The notes beneath the pieces are model-generated. The model did no database searches, had not been told where the DNA came from, and saw nothing but the letters and a program-made list of their open reading frames with translations. A DNA stretch of 64,000 bases, from the sequence record MH383160.1, one strand, 5' to 3'. The stretch's first letter is position 1; the number at the start of each line of letters is the position of its first letter. Positions 32,923 through 45,802 of the stretch are shown one piece after another. The translations under genes were made by a program, and so were the position numbers.

Positions 32923-34075
32923 ATGCTACCCTTTGGAAGAATTATCACATCATCAAAAAAGAACATACAACCTTCTGTTACAAAAATAGCTTCATCTGAT
33001 ACAACAGTTTTTGCCCTTATGTCAGATGGTACGTTGTACAGTAGAGGCTCTCAAGAGTTTGGGCAAATGGGTATAGGTAATATTATAACACAAACCAAAT
33101 GGGTTTTGTGCAATACAAACGTAGAAGATCTATGGGTTCGGGTATGAGTCAACATTAATTAAAAAGAAAGATAATACGATGTGGTATGCTGGAAATGGTG
33201 CATCATTCGGTTTATCAACTGATAAGTCAACAACGTGGGCTTCTGCAAAGATAGTGTTTGATAGAATAACAGCACTTGGAAAAACAATAAAACAAATTGC
33301 AGTTAGTGCAGGTGCATTAAGCGTATTATGTACAGACAACACGATATGGAATACGGGTTATGGTAGTTATGGACAACTGGGAAATGGTAGAAGTACCGAT
33401 TCACTTTCATCATTTGTACAAGGAACAGTACCTACTGGAGTAACACCATCCAAAATACTGGCAAATTTTCTTATGCAAGGATTTATTGGAACCGATGGGA
33501 GATTGTATTATACTGGTGCAATATCAGGCGTAGGTACAACCGACATGACGTTATATTCAAAGTACACGTTATGTTCTCAAATAACTAATACCTATACGGT
33601 GAAAGATTATACAACAAACTCAAGTTACTTCGCTTTTGCTATAGCAAGTAATAATAGTACTAATAAATTATTTGCATATCATGGTGGTGGACAATACTTT
33701 GGTCAGTTAGCAAATGGTTCTACATCACAAACATATATTTCGTTAAGACAAACAACACAAGCACCAGGTGATATAATAAGAAGCAGTGTGGGTTATTCAT
33801 ATTTTTCTAATCATATTATAACTTCATTAGGTGTTTACGCAACTGGTTATAACACAGGCGATAACGCAGGTCAATTGGGTATAGGTACACAAACAGATGT
33901 GTCGGCCTATACCAAATGTGTACTACCAATAGAGATGAATATGAATAACGTATATGTTACAGCAACTTTATACAGAACTTACTTAACCGATGGTATACAA
34001 ATTTACAGTACTGGACAAAATATTACAGATGGCGGTATTGCCAGTACTGTATTTGTCAAAGATTCACCATTTTAG
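32923..34075 (+). pseudogene. Array gene 12: RCC1-like propeller split by a +1 frameshift at CGG 33139-33141
   Basis: Frame 1 stops at 33147. Skipping C33139 gives LWV-GYESTLIKKKDNTMWYAG, continuing into ORF 33179-34075. Confidence 0.85.
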
Positions 34076-34718
34076 GAATATTGTACAAAGTGTATGCGGT
34101 TATTTTAGAACTCTTTTTAAATTCATCGTAAAGATAATTCAAAATTTTGGAACATTCAATATACTTTTCAATATCTTTATGGATTAATGAGTACTGAAAC
34201 ATTAAATCAGATGATATATTGTAGGTACTACCTTTTAAACTGTTTAAAATATCACAGATTTCAGGGTTTACGGGTACTTCGTCAAAATTATCATCTAAAA
34301 CATTTATTTCAAAATCAAAGCTATCTTTGTTTTTGATTAATTTGATAATAGAATCACCATAAACATTATATTGTTTTAATGGATTTACTACAATGTTAAA
34401 AAGATTGGATGTATTACAATCAATATCCATAAAGTATGTATTATCATTATACTTAATATTGAAACATCCGTACTCAATAAAATCACCCGGAGTTATTGAT
34501 GAGTTTCTTCTCGTTTCAACATAAGAAGCTTTAATTTTGTTTTTATTTAAAAGAGTAATAAATTTCTTAGACTGTTTAGCACCAGCTAAGTAAGTATTAT
34601 AACTTGGTCTTTTAAAAATTATAGGACTAGTCTTCTCACCAGAGAAATATTTTTTTATAAATTTACGCTGTTTAACGAAATAATTTTTATAAAACAAACC
34701 TAATTTTGTTTTCATCAT
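34056..34718 (-). CDS. Hypothetical protein (220 aa), convergent with the array
   Basis: ORF with GGAG RBS; CCAGTACT-tgat-AGTACTGG hairpin at 34733-34752 just upstream. Confidence 0.75.
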   Translation of the reverse strand: MMKTKLGLFYKNYFVKQRKFIKKYFSGEKTSPIIFKRPSYNTYLAGAKQSKKFITLLNKNKIKASYVETRRNSSITPGDFIEYGCFNIKYNDNTYFMDIDCNTSNLFNIVVNPLKQYNVYGDSIIKLIKNKDSFDFEINVLDDNFDEVPVNPEICDILNSLKGSTYNISSDLMFQYSLIHKDIEKYIECSKILNYLYDEFKKSSKITAYTLYNIPKMVNL

Positions 34719-34759
34719 AACTCCTTATACATCCAGTACTTGATAGTACTGGATTTTTA

Positions 34760-37540
34760 TTATGACATACGCTTATTATGAATGGAATTATGAATGGATT
34801 TTAAATAATTATATAATTTTATCAATCCACTACCAGTAGCTACAAACAGTAGTGCTGTTGGTATCATACATCCAAACATGGTTATTAATTCATGTATTTC
34901 CATACCATCACTATTTGGTCCCACATCAAATATAACAACCAAAACAACACCTAAAATGCTTAGACAATAATATCCCATAAAGACCATAAAAGTGATATAT
35001 CCGGCACTTGATTTAATATTACATAACATATTATACACTGGATTAATACAGAAGAAGTATAATAACCATACCAGTGTTCCAGTACTGAACATAATGATTG
35101 AAATAATGGAAAATATCTCACGGTAACTCATATTATTTCCTCATACCCAAACGTTGGTGGATTTCAGAGATCTTTATATACAATAGTACCACAAGGTGCA
35201 GTACTAAACAACATATAATTACGGCTAATACCAATGAACATATCATAAGACCGAAGGTTATTGTATTCAAAGATGATGTGAACAGTCCAATTATTAATAC
35301 AATAAAACCAAAATTGAATACTGTACCCAACACAGTATATGCTGGACTATATCTCTTTTGGATTACATCATATATATTTGATAATGGTCGCTTATGGAAG
35401 TACTTCCCAATGCACACGAATGCATTCAGTGAGAAGATAAATGTATACGCCATTACTAGTAATTGACCAACGAAAGATAATTCTATCCCGTTCATACTAA
35501 CCTCGTTTACGTTTTTTAATTGTACTGTGCATCTTTTCGAAATAGGGAACCAAAACATATTGAACAGTTTGCCAGATAACCATTAGATTATGCACTGCAC
35601 CACCAAGGATACCAAACACTAGAACAATAATTGCCATAATAGGATCACCGTCTACCATACCCCATTTAAAGATATGTAAAATCCAAGCAATGACTAGACA
35701 AAATAAACTAAGCCAATACGTAATGAAAAATCCGGCTTGTAATTCATAATCATCAGCAATTTCATCGTATACCGTTTCTAAAAATGATACACAAAAGAAT
35801 TTACCAATTATAACCACAGTACTAATAAACAGCATAGCAGTTAAGATAATAAGAGCAATTTCCATTACATCCCTCGTTTACGCTTTTGATTGCGTCTAAA
35901 TTCAGTTAGTCCACGGCTAATCGGCGGCATCAGACTACATAAAAAAGTAACAGTTGTTGGTAGTAACATCAAGTCAATCATTGCAGTGTTATCTGGTGGA
36001 TCAAAAACCAAAAAATACACACAAGAAACACTAATAATGGTTGAACCGATAAAAGGAATACAAAATTCTTTTATCTGTTTTTCAACATAATCAAACATCT
36101 TGAGTACAAATAAAAATCCAACCCAACACATAATGAAATAGAATGAATACAACGTGTAAATCAATGTTACGATATCCATTAGTACCTCGCATCAGGAACT
36201 TTAGCACGTAATTTATGAACGACTGGGAACAACAACAAACTTACATATGCAATAGTTGAACCCCAATAGAATACTAATACAATTGGTTCACCATTAGAAC
36301 GGAAACCTCTACTAATCATTGAGTAGTGAATAATAGGCATAATCATCGCCATACCAAACCATGCGTGTAATTTTAATTGCAGCATGTTATCAGCGATGAA
36401 TACTGAAATTGGTCGTTTAAAGAACCACATCAGAAAGTAGAATCCAGCACTAATAATATAGTACAAAGTACTAACTTTCATATACCACGGCAGTAAATCA
36501 ATAAAGTACTCCATCATTCCTCCGGTATCTTATTTCGAAGTTCAATCATAACACAACAAATTTTAATGGTCAATATAAAAGTTAAACATATCATCCCAAG
36601 TGTGCCGTAAACTGCGGAAAAAGCTGGTAGTACCTTTCCTGTGAGTGTTGCTACAATACATGCAATCAATGTTGATGCAAACAACGATTGATTAATGGCA
36701 GAATTCATAAAATCTTCACCATTACGTTTATAGAATTGTCGTTTAAAATACCATCCTAGAAACATAACTACCCAAAATGATACATAAGTTGTTAGAATAA
36801 TCCCTGCAAGTGAATGTGCAACTGAACTACTCCTTAAAAACTCAAGATAAGCTTCAAACATTAGAAGTCTCCGCGAATTTTATCTCTACCATGAATAATG
36901 AGATGGATTAAGTATACAACTAACCAAATGAACAACCCAAAGAATACAATATATTGTGAGATTGAGTTCAAGTGAGGATTAGCACAATAAATTAAGTGTG
37001 CCATAAGACCAACAATTGCAAACAAACCTTGAACAAGTGTGTAAAGAACTAGTGATGAATTCCTCACTGGATACAGTTTAAAAACAATTTTCTTTTTAAA
37101 ATACCATAGTACTACAACTAGTGCATGATAAAAGAAAAAACCAAAAAGATAAATCAAAGTAATACTAATCATTGTATCTGATTTAAAAAATTCTAACATT
37201 AGAATCCCCATTTAAAGTTATCACGAGCTTTAATAATAAAATACATAGTACACACCAATAACCAGACGATTAGTCCTGAAAACACAACATATTGTGTAAT
37301 GTGTGGTGTATTATCAATTTGTAACATGTAAATCACATATGTCATCACACCAAATAAAATAAACCCACCTTGTATAATGCTATATACAACTAAGAATACA
37401 TTATCATACGAATACAATTTAAAAACAACTTTCCTTTTAAAATACCAAAGACTAATTACAATTGAATGATAAAACAAGAATACAAACATGTATATCAGTG
37501 TAATACCAAGCATTATATTAGATTCAAAAAACTCACGCAT
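34760..37540 (-). other. Tandem array of 8 paralogous small membrane proteins (34760-35131, 35133-35495, 35497-35865, 35865-36179, 36179-36517, 36514-36861, 36861-37199, 37199-37540)
   Basis: Each 104-123 aa with about 3 hydrophobic segments, an aromatic/basic motif (often WYFK or KYF) after the first, and a basic C-terminal tail; overlapping stop/start codons. Confidence 0.85.
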
Positions 37541-37566
37541 TGGGTGTCTCCAGTGATTAAACTTTT

Positions 37567-37598
37567 GTTATAGTACTACACATTGTTAGTACTGTCAA
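37567..37598 (-). promoter_or_regulatory. sigma70 promoter of the membrane-protein array
   Basis: TTGACA-17-TACTAT with AGTACT overlapping both hexamers. Confidence 0.7.
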
Positions 37599-37605
37599 TA
37601 TGGAA

Positions 37606-38376
37606 TTAAATTTTCTCAAGGAACAAGTTTTCGCACTGTTCTTCCCAATCGTATGGGTTGTTGTTATATACTGCCGAAATCAACAGTGGCATACGCAGTG
37701 AAGGTGAACGAAGAGAATCTTCGTGCTTCAACATCCAGTTCAGAATTGCTTTACTACCATTACGGTTAATACCCTTAGATTCTAAAATGTTAGTCTGATT
37801 CATCACGTTCTCAATGTGAATCATGATATCGCTTTTGGTCTGAATCTGTAAGTCAACGTATACAGAACGAGACATAAGAGCAGCATAGTGAGCAGACATT
37901 TTAGTTTTAGCTTTAGCATCTAATGCTAAATCTTTGTTCGTAATGAATACGATGCGACCATTAAAATCAAAGCTATTAGGAATACCGTTAGTGGTTAAGT
38001 ACTTAGAGCTAGTCATATAAGACACAGTACGCTTACCACTATCCAGCACTGCTTTGAGCAGGTTCATACCGTCTTCTGAATCAAAGATGCTGTCCATATC
38101 ATCCAGTACTAATACGTTAGTGCTGTGACGATTCTTGTACAGAACTTCGTACAGAGCAAGAGTAGTCATCTTGCCACTGATAGTAGCTACGTTCCATTCT
38201 GCTGCGTCATGAGCTTTCTGGAGGCGTTTAGACAGGGTGTAAGTTTTACCAACACCAGGTGCACCGCTGACAACCATACTTTTTACAGTACTGCTATCGT
38301 CGAGCAAACACTCAAGAGCAACCATCATGGAGTTGAAGTTTTTCTGGATTTGAATGCTACGTGCTTCTCTGGTCAT
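37606..38376 (-). CDS. AAA+-type P-loop ATPase
   Basis: Walker A GAPGVGKT, Walker B VLVLDDMD, sensor-1-like IVFITN. Confidence 0.85.
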   Translation of the reverse strand: MTREARSIQIQKNFNSMMVALECLLDDSSTVKSMVVSGAPGVGKTYTLSKRLQKAHDAAEWNVATISGKMTTLALYEVLYKNRHSTNVLVLDDMDSIFDSEDGMNLLKAVLDSGKRTVSYMTSSKYLTTNGIPNSFDFNGRIVFITNKDLALDAKAKTKMSAHYAALMSRSVYVDLQIQTKSDIMIHIENVMNQTNILESKGINRNGSKAILNWMLKHEDSLRSPSLRMPLLISAVYNNNPYDWEEQCENLFLEKI

Positions 38377-38455
38377 TTCGTTATCCTCATCAGTTGATGA
38401 AATAATTATAGCAAAAAGGGTTGACCGAAGTCAACACTTTTACAAAAAAAACCAT

Positions 38456-38782
38456 TCAGTACACACAATTACCAATATCAATATTTTTACCATTATAGGT
38501 AATTATATATTTTATCTTATTTGGTTTTATAACAAAAACTTTTAATTTTTGATTTAATTTATCATTTGAAAAAATAGTATATGAACCACTCCCGTCTTTA
38601 AAAACTTCTTGACTTTCGAACATAAATTTCTTTCCATCAATTTTAGCAGCTTTTGTTGAAACATCCAAATACAGTTGATAAATCTTATCAGATTTTGAAG
38701 ATTTACAAGTAGTTGATGATTCATTTTTTGCATTCACTGTTGTTGATAAACACATTAACATAACTAACATTAACTTTTTCAT
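38456..38782 (-). CDS. Exported small protein (signal peptide, terminal Cys pair)
   Basis: MKKLMLVMLMCLSTTVNA signal; C...IDG..F.F...C pattern. Confidence 0.75.
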   Translation of the reverse strand: MKKLMLVMLMCLSTTVNAKNESSTTCKSSKSDKIYQLYLDVSTKAAKIDGKKFMFESQEVFKDGSGSYTIFSNDKLNQKLKVFVIKPNKIKYIITYNGKNIDIGNCVY

Positions 38783-38802
38783 TTTAATTAACCTCTTTTA
38801 TT

Positions 38803-40266
38803 TTATAAAATTACTTCACCAAAAATACCATTAATATCACGTTCAATAATGTACTCACCTTCATGTTTGGCTAAGAATTGTTTTATTACTTCAATTACAT
38901 TTTGACGATGTATGTTGTTGTATGTTTCAGTATAACCATCACCTCTGTTATAATAGCCAATATTTTTATGTGGTTTTCCACACAATGCAACAGTATGAAC
39001 TTGTGTTTCTAACTCCGATGCCAAAAATCCCCCTTCTTCGGTGTGAAAAAAAATAACTAATACATTAGTCCAAAAATTATCAACACCATACTCTTCTAAA
39101 AAAGATTTGTTAATTTTTTTAAGTCGGGGTTTGATACTGTTACCCTGTTGGGTTATTCCGAATTTATCCGATTCGTTTGTTTGATCAACGTTCATATATG
39201 AACGTGTAGGTTTGTTTTTCTTAAACCCGTACTCATTATACATTGAAAAACCATATTCAAAACTGAAAAAATCTGCAATATTAATTTTTTGTTGAATTGA
39301 ACTATCACTACGAGAATATAAAAACACACTACGGTAATTAGTGTATTCACCGTCCCAACCAATAAATGTAAACGTCACTTCATCAGTTGAGCGATTACAT
39401 AATTCTTTTTTAATTTGATATTCACGCTGTTCTTTTGTCCAACGAAACCCGCCAGTACAGCGACAACTTAAATGCCCCTGTTTGAGTGTGTGCATTTCTT
39501 GCTCAAATTCACCAGTACATAAACCATTTTTTGTATATTCATCGTTTGCACAAATTGGACATGAGTATACAAGTTTACTAAATCTCCCATAATCATTAAC
39601 TGTATCACTACGCTTGAACGTGGTCTTTGGATGAAACTTACCAGTATTCATTATTTCGTTAATGTGATTTTCCAATCCGTTATTGCTTTCACGATGATAC
39701 TGTTTCTTTCTTTCATTCCCACATTTAACACATCCATCATTTGTACCATTCGATCCAAATAAAATACCATTTATAGTTGCACTGTTCATGAGTTCATCTG
39801 GGTGATGTTCACATACAAGAGTTGGTTTATATGTATTACTTTTAATTATACCAGTTGGAATTGATAATAATTTCTTTCCAGTTTTTGAAATTTTTCTTTC
39901 TATTCGAATAATATATTGATAACGAGTCCATTTTGGTATCTCACTACAACCACATGGAATTATTGAATTCAAATATGACGATTGTGCAATAATATACACA
40001 CCCAAACCATGCAATTGAACATCATTTGCACAAATTTTACAAATTTTAAGATAGAACTTAGCTTTGGTCTTTGGATTTCGAATTAATCCCAACAGACTTT
40101 CATCACATTCTGTATTAGTATCCTGCTCCAATTGATCAAATGAATCAGGAATTGGCAATTGTGGATGCTTTTCACGAAGAATGAATAACGAAATTCTAAA
40201 TGCTTCTTCACTTTTTGCCAAGCTTAATGCATTTTCAACTTCAATTGAACGATGTACTTTATACAT
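38803..40266 (-). mobile_element. Putative free-standing homing endonuclease with multiple CxxC Zn-ribbons and a C-terminal GIY-YIG-like domain
   Basis: CKIC, CEHH, CVKC, CPIC; C-terminal SYMNV...KFGIT...RL...LETQVH...GYTETY matches the pattern in 49187-49960. Confidence 0.65.
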
Positions 40267-40309
40267 TTAAGGTTCCCATTTATTATCATATGATGAATAA
40301 CAAAAAATT

Positions 40310-41275
40310 TCAAATTGAATTTGATAATATACCTTTCCAGTACTGAACCCGTCCAGCACCATTAATTTTAGCTTTAATCTTATCTTTTTCGACAAGACCT
40401 TCTTTGTAATCAATTGAAGTATTATCACACTTAATTACATCTAAGTCAAGTACTTCTTGGGTAGTTAATGATGTATTATCTGCGATTTGTTGTAGAGTAA
40501 TTACATCAGTACCGAAGTATTCTGCTAAACGTATAAAAGATAGTTTCATGTATTACCTCTCGTTTCGATAAAATAATTATAGCAAAAAGGGCTGACCGAA
40601 GTCAACCCTTTATGTTATTCTAAGTCACTCATAGTACTAATAGTTAATCCCATTTCTTCTGCAATGTTGCATAGCAAACCAACAGCATTACGAAGAATAT
40701 CAGTGTTGTCCACCGAGAATGATGAGTTTTCATTTACAGTTGAAGACTCAATGTAGTACTCAAAATAACGAGAAGTTGAACGCACAACTTTAACACCTTC
40801 ATACTTCTGTAGTTCAGAGTTGATACGCTCGATTAGTGAATCTTCCAGTACTCGATAGTCACCATTCATTCCACGTTTCCATCCATCAGCAGGACGGAAA
40901 TAAAAAGTTTTTGTACGTTGAATTGTTGAGATTGTTAGTGGGTTGTATTCTGCGATTTCACTTAAAGATGCCATGTTGTATTCCTCATTTGGTGATGTAC
41001 ATAATACAGAAAGATAGAACAGGTGTCAATGTTTATATCTAAAATATCCAAATACTTTGGTGTAGCACATACTACATCAACTAATCCTCGCTGAAGACAA
41101 CAATAAGGAATGACACGAACAATGCCGCATAACAAGGAGCTATCTTCATGTACCACGGGACTTCATAATACCATGTACCCAATTCATCCCACGAAAAGAG
41201 TATACTCAAACCGAAGCCGATTAGCGATAGTACAATAAAAGAAATCCAGAAACGCTTTGAATATACTAATAACAT
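40310..41275 (-). other. Hypothetical CDSs 40310-40549, 40615-40974, 41081-41275 (two hydrophobic segments)
   Basis: ORF track with RBS. Confidence 0.65.
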
Positions 41276-41313
41276 GTTATGTTCCTTTGTGTAACCGAAG
41301 TCAACCCTTTCCT

Positions 41314-41829
41314 TTAATAATTATTCATTTCATCTTTGATTTGTTCTTCAATTTCGTCGAACATATCAGTACTAGATTCGTTCTTACTACTTACGTTCTG
41401 CATATCTTTAACGTACTGTGGACATTCAACATCAGTAAACTTATACCACGTAGGCTTCATCTGGAGCTTCTCAATCAAACGATCACGAGACATTTTAATC
41501 TCTGACTCCGTTGGTACGTAGTCATTACAAAACTCAGCAGGGAAGCCGCTAATGTCGTTTACTTCAGTGTTTTGAATCTTCATACCACGACGCAGACATT
41601 CGTTGACAATATCAATATGACGCTTCTGTAAGTACAATAACTTGTTGTAGAAGAATGTTACATGACCTGAACCCAACAGGTAAGTACTGTTAATTTTGAA
41701 ATCACGAACTCGCTTACGTGCTTGAACGTGTTTTTGTACAGCACCAAATACACGTGGGAGTTCACGATATTCAGCCATCAGATGTTGGTCAGCAAGTTCT
41801 TTAACGTGTACTAAGTTAATGCGTGTCAT
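41314..41829 (-). CDS. denV: Pyrimidine-dimer DNA glycosylase (T4 endonuclease V)
   Basis: MTRINL...[20 protein letters not shown]...GHVTFFY.KL, close to T4 DenV; acidic C-terminal extension. Confidence 0.97.
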   Translation of the reverse strand: MTRINLVHVKELADQHLMAEYRELPRVFGAVQKHVQARKRVRDFKINSTYLLGSGHVTFFYNKLLYLQKRHIDIVNECLRRGMKIQNTEVNDISGFPAEFCNDYVPTESEIKMSRDRLIEKLQMKPTWYKFTDVECPQYVKDMQNVSSKNESSTDMFDEIEEQIKDEMNNY

Positions 41830-41883
41830 GTATTCATCCTCTCGTTTCGATGAAATGATTATAGCAAAAAGGGCTGACCGTAG

Positions 41884-42297
41884 TCAACCCTTTTTTCTTT
41901 CAATTAAACATAATCTACCAGCATGTACCATGCGATGGTGATTAGAACAAAGAATTACACACTTTCGAATTTCATCTTTGATAGATTCTCGACTTTTACT
42001 GAACATAGAACTTGGTGTATGTTCTTTGGTATTAGGTTCAAGATGATGAAAGTCTAAACATTCTGGATACTTCATCATGCAAATACTACAACCATAAAAT
42101 GATTTAACTCTGGTCATGAAATCTTTATTTTTTCTTTTGATTTCTTCAAGTTTTTTTACATCAGTTTTTTTATTTCTGGTTTTCTTACTGGTAATATTAC
42201 TACAACATTTGCATGTATTTCTTTGTTTCCCAGTATCACTTCTTATACCAAATTCACTAATGTCTTTTTCAATATTACACGTGATACACTTCTTCAT
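41884..42297 (-). mobile_element. HNH endonuclease
   Basis: CxxC pairs, then CLDFHHLEP...CVILCSNHHRMVH. Confidence 0.85.
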
Positions 42298-44412
42298 GGT
42301 TTAACCCATTTATTCAACAATTCACCCAACTTCACAATCTCATACCCATCCAGATAGCCATAGGAACACTCAGGTGTTTCATAAGTTGAACCATCATGGA
42401 TACCTTGACATTGGCTTTTGGAACGTTCAAGCAATCGTTGCAGTACTGATACGTCATCAAGAACGTAATACAAGTTAGCATATGGGTCCGTCACAATACA
42501 GTACTTAAACATGCCAAATGTATCAATCGATTTTTCAACCTTAGCAAATTGTTTCTTTTCTTTATTATACAATGCGTACATATTAATCTCCATAATCAAG
42601 TTTAACTAACTTACCATCCAGATACCCAAAGTTTTCTGGCTTCGCATCTGAATAGAAGAAGTCAGTACTTAACTCTGAATTCAATGCTAAAGCACACAAC
42701 TCCACCCAAAATAAACCCCTATGTTGCACTGGCTTACAACGTTTCTGTACAGTTACTAGTCCAGTACATGATGACCACAATGTAGGACAGATACTACTAT
42801 CACTACGATTAGAGTACTGCATCCACGAACGTTCATTGAGGTTAGCTATCATTCCCGTTAAGAATAACTTCCAGCTTTTGAAGGTTGGAATCTTGATAGC
42901 GTATTCCCCAATGAGGATAACAGTTCGGGTTGCACCTTTCAAATCTATATTCATAATATTAGTACGAATCAGATTCCCAGTACTCGATTGCTTCTTTCAG
43001 CAATTCTTTAGCACGTTGTTTTGCAATGCGAGCGGGTAACAGATATGTGTACATTAACTGACGCTTCACTTCATTCAGTGAAAGCTGTTCATGGTACAGT
43101 GCATCCATCAGTCGATTACGAGTACGTAGTTTCATATAAGTTATCCTTATTTCAAAGAATCATAGTAAGCAGTGTCAAAGATTGGAGTCATAATAACATA
43201 GTCAATACGGTCAATGTAAGTTGAACTCCACATTTCTGGTTTGTCATATAACTGACGCTCGCGTTCATTCATACGAGTCAGTACTTCTTCCAATTTACTA
43301 CGTGAATCCATCAATGTATTACTCGAACCATAAGTGAAGTACTCAGTCCAATGATATTCATATTCAGTACTGATAGATTGAATAGTACCATCTTTGAAAT
43401 GAGCTAAGGCATAACCTTTCTCTACAAAGTTATCAGGTGGAAGAACACCATCTGGATTAGTTTTCAATGCTTGTGCTAACTTTTCTTTAATTTCAGTTAA
43501 CGTGCATACTGAACGAATGTTCTTCAGGTTTGATACTTGAAAATCACTGTACTTTCCAAAGAAAAAGACACGCCAATCTTTAGGTTCATTATCAGATACG
43601 GTAGCATCAGGGTGATGGGCGAGTAAACGAAGAAGGCCAGCTTTGTGACCGTTAATGTAGATTTCATGGATGTGGTTAGCAGTTTTCTTAAAAGTAATCA
43701 TGGTAGATCCTCGATTGTAGGGATGAGAAGTTCATCCCCTTGATAAGCATTATACAGTACTGAATGTGTTTGTCAACTCAAAATAAATTCATTTCATGTG
43801 CGTATTGTGGTTCAAGATAAGATAAGTTTTTGAAACTGTCTTTCAATTCTGCATCATCTACGTACACAGTACCAGGTACATTCCCCATAGTGAAGCCAAC
43901 CCAAACAGTCATGTTTCCAGTTCCTAAGCGGGGCATTGATAGCGTCCCGTCAGGTGAAACATCAAACGCTACACTAAAGTCATCCGTTACAACTTCCGAA
44001 CCATTTTCCAGAATAATACAACCACGTTCTTTAAGCTTCTGAATGTGGATAGCAGCCTCTACAGCACGTTTAAAGTTATAATAAGACTCTTTATCCTCGA
44101 ACATTGATTGTTTAACCAGACGCTTGTTTAGCTCGGTTACTTTGTGCATTTGACGCATTACTTCAACTCCCACAGTTGTAGAATTTCATAAGAGCCTGGT
44201 GGTGCTGGATTGATAATCTCAGGGTATTCAGTACTGTTAGGATTACCACCAGCATTGAACTCAGCAAGTAATAATTCGAGTTCATTCCTATCATGAACAA
44301 CAAACACGCAATATCCAGTTCCTTCTTCAAGAACTGTAGTTGATCCCGCACAATCCCATACGGTATCAATACATAATAATTCTTTAGTGTTTTTATTACG
44401 CAACGCAAACAT
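42294..44412 (-). other. Hypothetical CDSs 42294-42599, 43147-43701, 43778-44173, 44158-44412 (42294 and 44158 have similar N-termini)
   Basis: ORF track; an early cassette with GGGATGA..TCATCCC hairpin and TTGACA promoter lies at 43720-43775. Confidence 0.65.
42583..42954 (-). CDS. Minimal protein-kinase-like protein
   Basis: VILIGEYAIKIP (beta3 Lys), SDAKPENFG (catalytic loop), LVKLDYG (DFG-like). Confidence 0.6.
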   Translation of the reverse strand: MNIDLKGATRTVILIGEYAIKIPTFKSWKLFLTGMIANLNERSWMQYSNRSDSSICPTLWSSCTGLVTVQKRCKPVQHRGLFWVELCALALNSELSTDFFYSDAKPENFGYLDGKLVKLDYGD

Positions 44413-44421
44413 ATATGTCTC

Positions 44422-45457
44422 CTATCGATTCGGCATATTCTTTCGTAGTCGCAAGAGAAATTCAACCACTGACCATGTTGTAATGAAGGCAATATAAGTT
44501 GCAAGGAATCCAGTAAGAATGAATGCAACCAGCGTACTACCATTTGGGGAATCAGTTTTAATGCCGATGACACCATCGGCTACAGTGAAACATGTAGCCA
44601 TTAATGTGTAACCTACGTACAACACAAAGAAAAACTCATTCTCCATTGAAGGATAGAAACGGTTAAACACTTTATAAAATTTAAAGTACAGTAGGATTAT
44701 ACCAACAAAGGCATAGAATGTAAACAGTGTTGTTATAATATATGAGATTAGGTTCAAATTATACATATCAACGCTCCGGTAGATTATCACGTAATGTTTT
44801 AATTCGATGATACATTTTCATACCAATATTACCAAAGATACCATATCCAAGTACTAAAATGTATGCAATAAGCATAGTAATAATTACTATAGTGCCAAAA
44901 CTATAATGTACACTACTGATACCCATTGTAGTTTCAACGATTATTTGAGAAACTGAAAGAATCAAAAGTACAACTACAATTGGATGATTTGGGTACATTC
45001 GGTTGAACAACGTTTTGTACTTAAAGAAGCACAGTACTCCACCGAATAAGAAGTAAACAATGTAAATGCAAGCAACAGCATAGGCAAACATGTTAGTGTA
45101 ATAAATCATTACCAATCCTTACTTTTCAGGGATATTAGAACGCCATATATCAATGCGATGAACTAGTCCAAAGAACAACCATACTGGAACGGCAGCTATC
45201 ATAACAACAAATGAAAACCCAGTCAAGACCGATACCAGATTTAATTCATCAGTACTATACCCACATATCAGTACTTCTAATATTCCCCACGTACATGCAC
45301 AAAACATCAAGAATGAAATTGGGGCATCATAGTAGATACGTTCATATAAAGTAGTGTATCGGAAGAATGCAATAATGTAGCAAAACATATAATACACCCA
45401 AACCAAAGATACTACATAAAATGATACTTTGTTTATTAATTCAAAATATTGTTCCAT
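44422..45457 (-). other. Second cluster of 3 membrane-protein paralogues (44422-44790, 44768-45115, 45119-45457)
   Basis: Same hydrophobic architecture; F(K/R)(F/Y).K/T.F/Y.R.YP motif; R.N(M/L/I)P.R/K tails. Confidence 0.8.
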
Positions 45458-45802
45458 TTTTACCCCAATATATATTCAGAGAGTAATGTATTAGCTTCAT
45501 CTTTGTTCTTAAGGTAATACATGTAATATAGATTCGGTTCACCATCTTTAGCACTCAAATCGAAGTACTTTAAACTATGTACTTTCATAGTAAAAACAAA
45601 TAATGACTTAAAACCAATTTCACCGTACTTAATAAACAGTTCATCCAAATGAATGTAACTTTTTGATTTGGATAATTCTTTAACGTCTGCATCAATTTCA
45701 GATAAAAGATGCTTACCTATTAAGTTTTCAAATGAACGCATGATTTTATCCTTTACCGCAATTTTTATGGTTTATTAAGAATACACCAGAACATCAGTTC
45801 TG

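Noticed and set aside
29990-33145. Phase variation by slipped-strand mispairing at the frameshift sites
   Set aside because: No long homopolymer or short tandem repeat at the sites, and the conserved Gly indicates the extra base is the C, not part of the G run.
19849-34075. Diversity-generating retroelement acting on the array
   Set aside because: No reverse transcriptase and no TR/VR pair differing only at adenines was seen.
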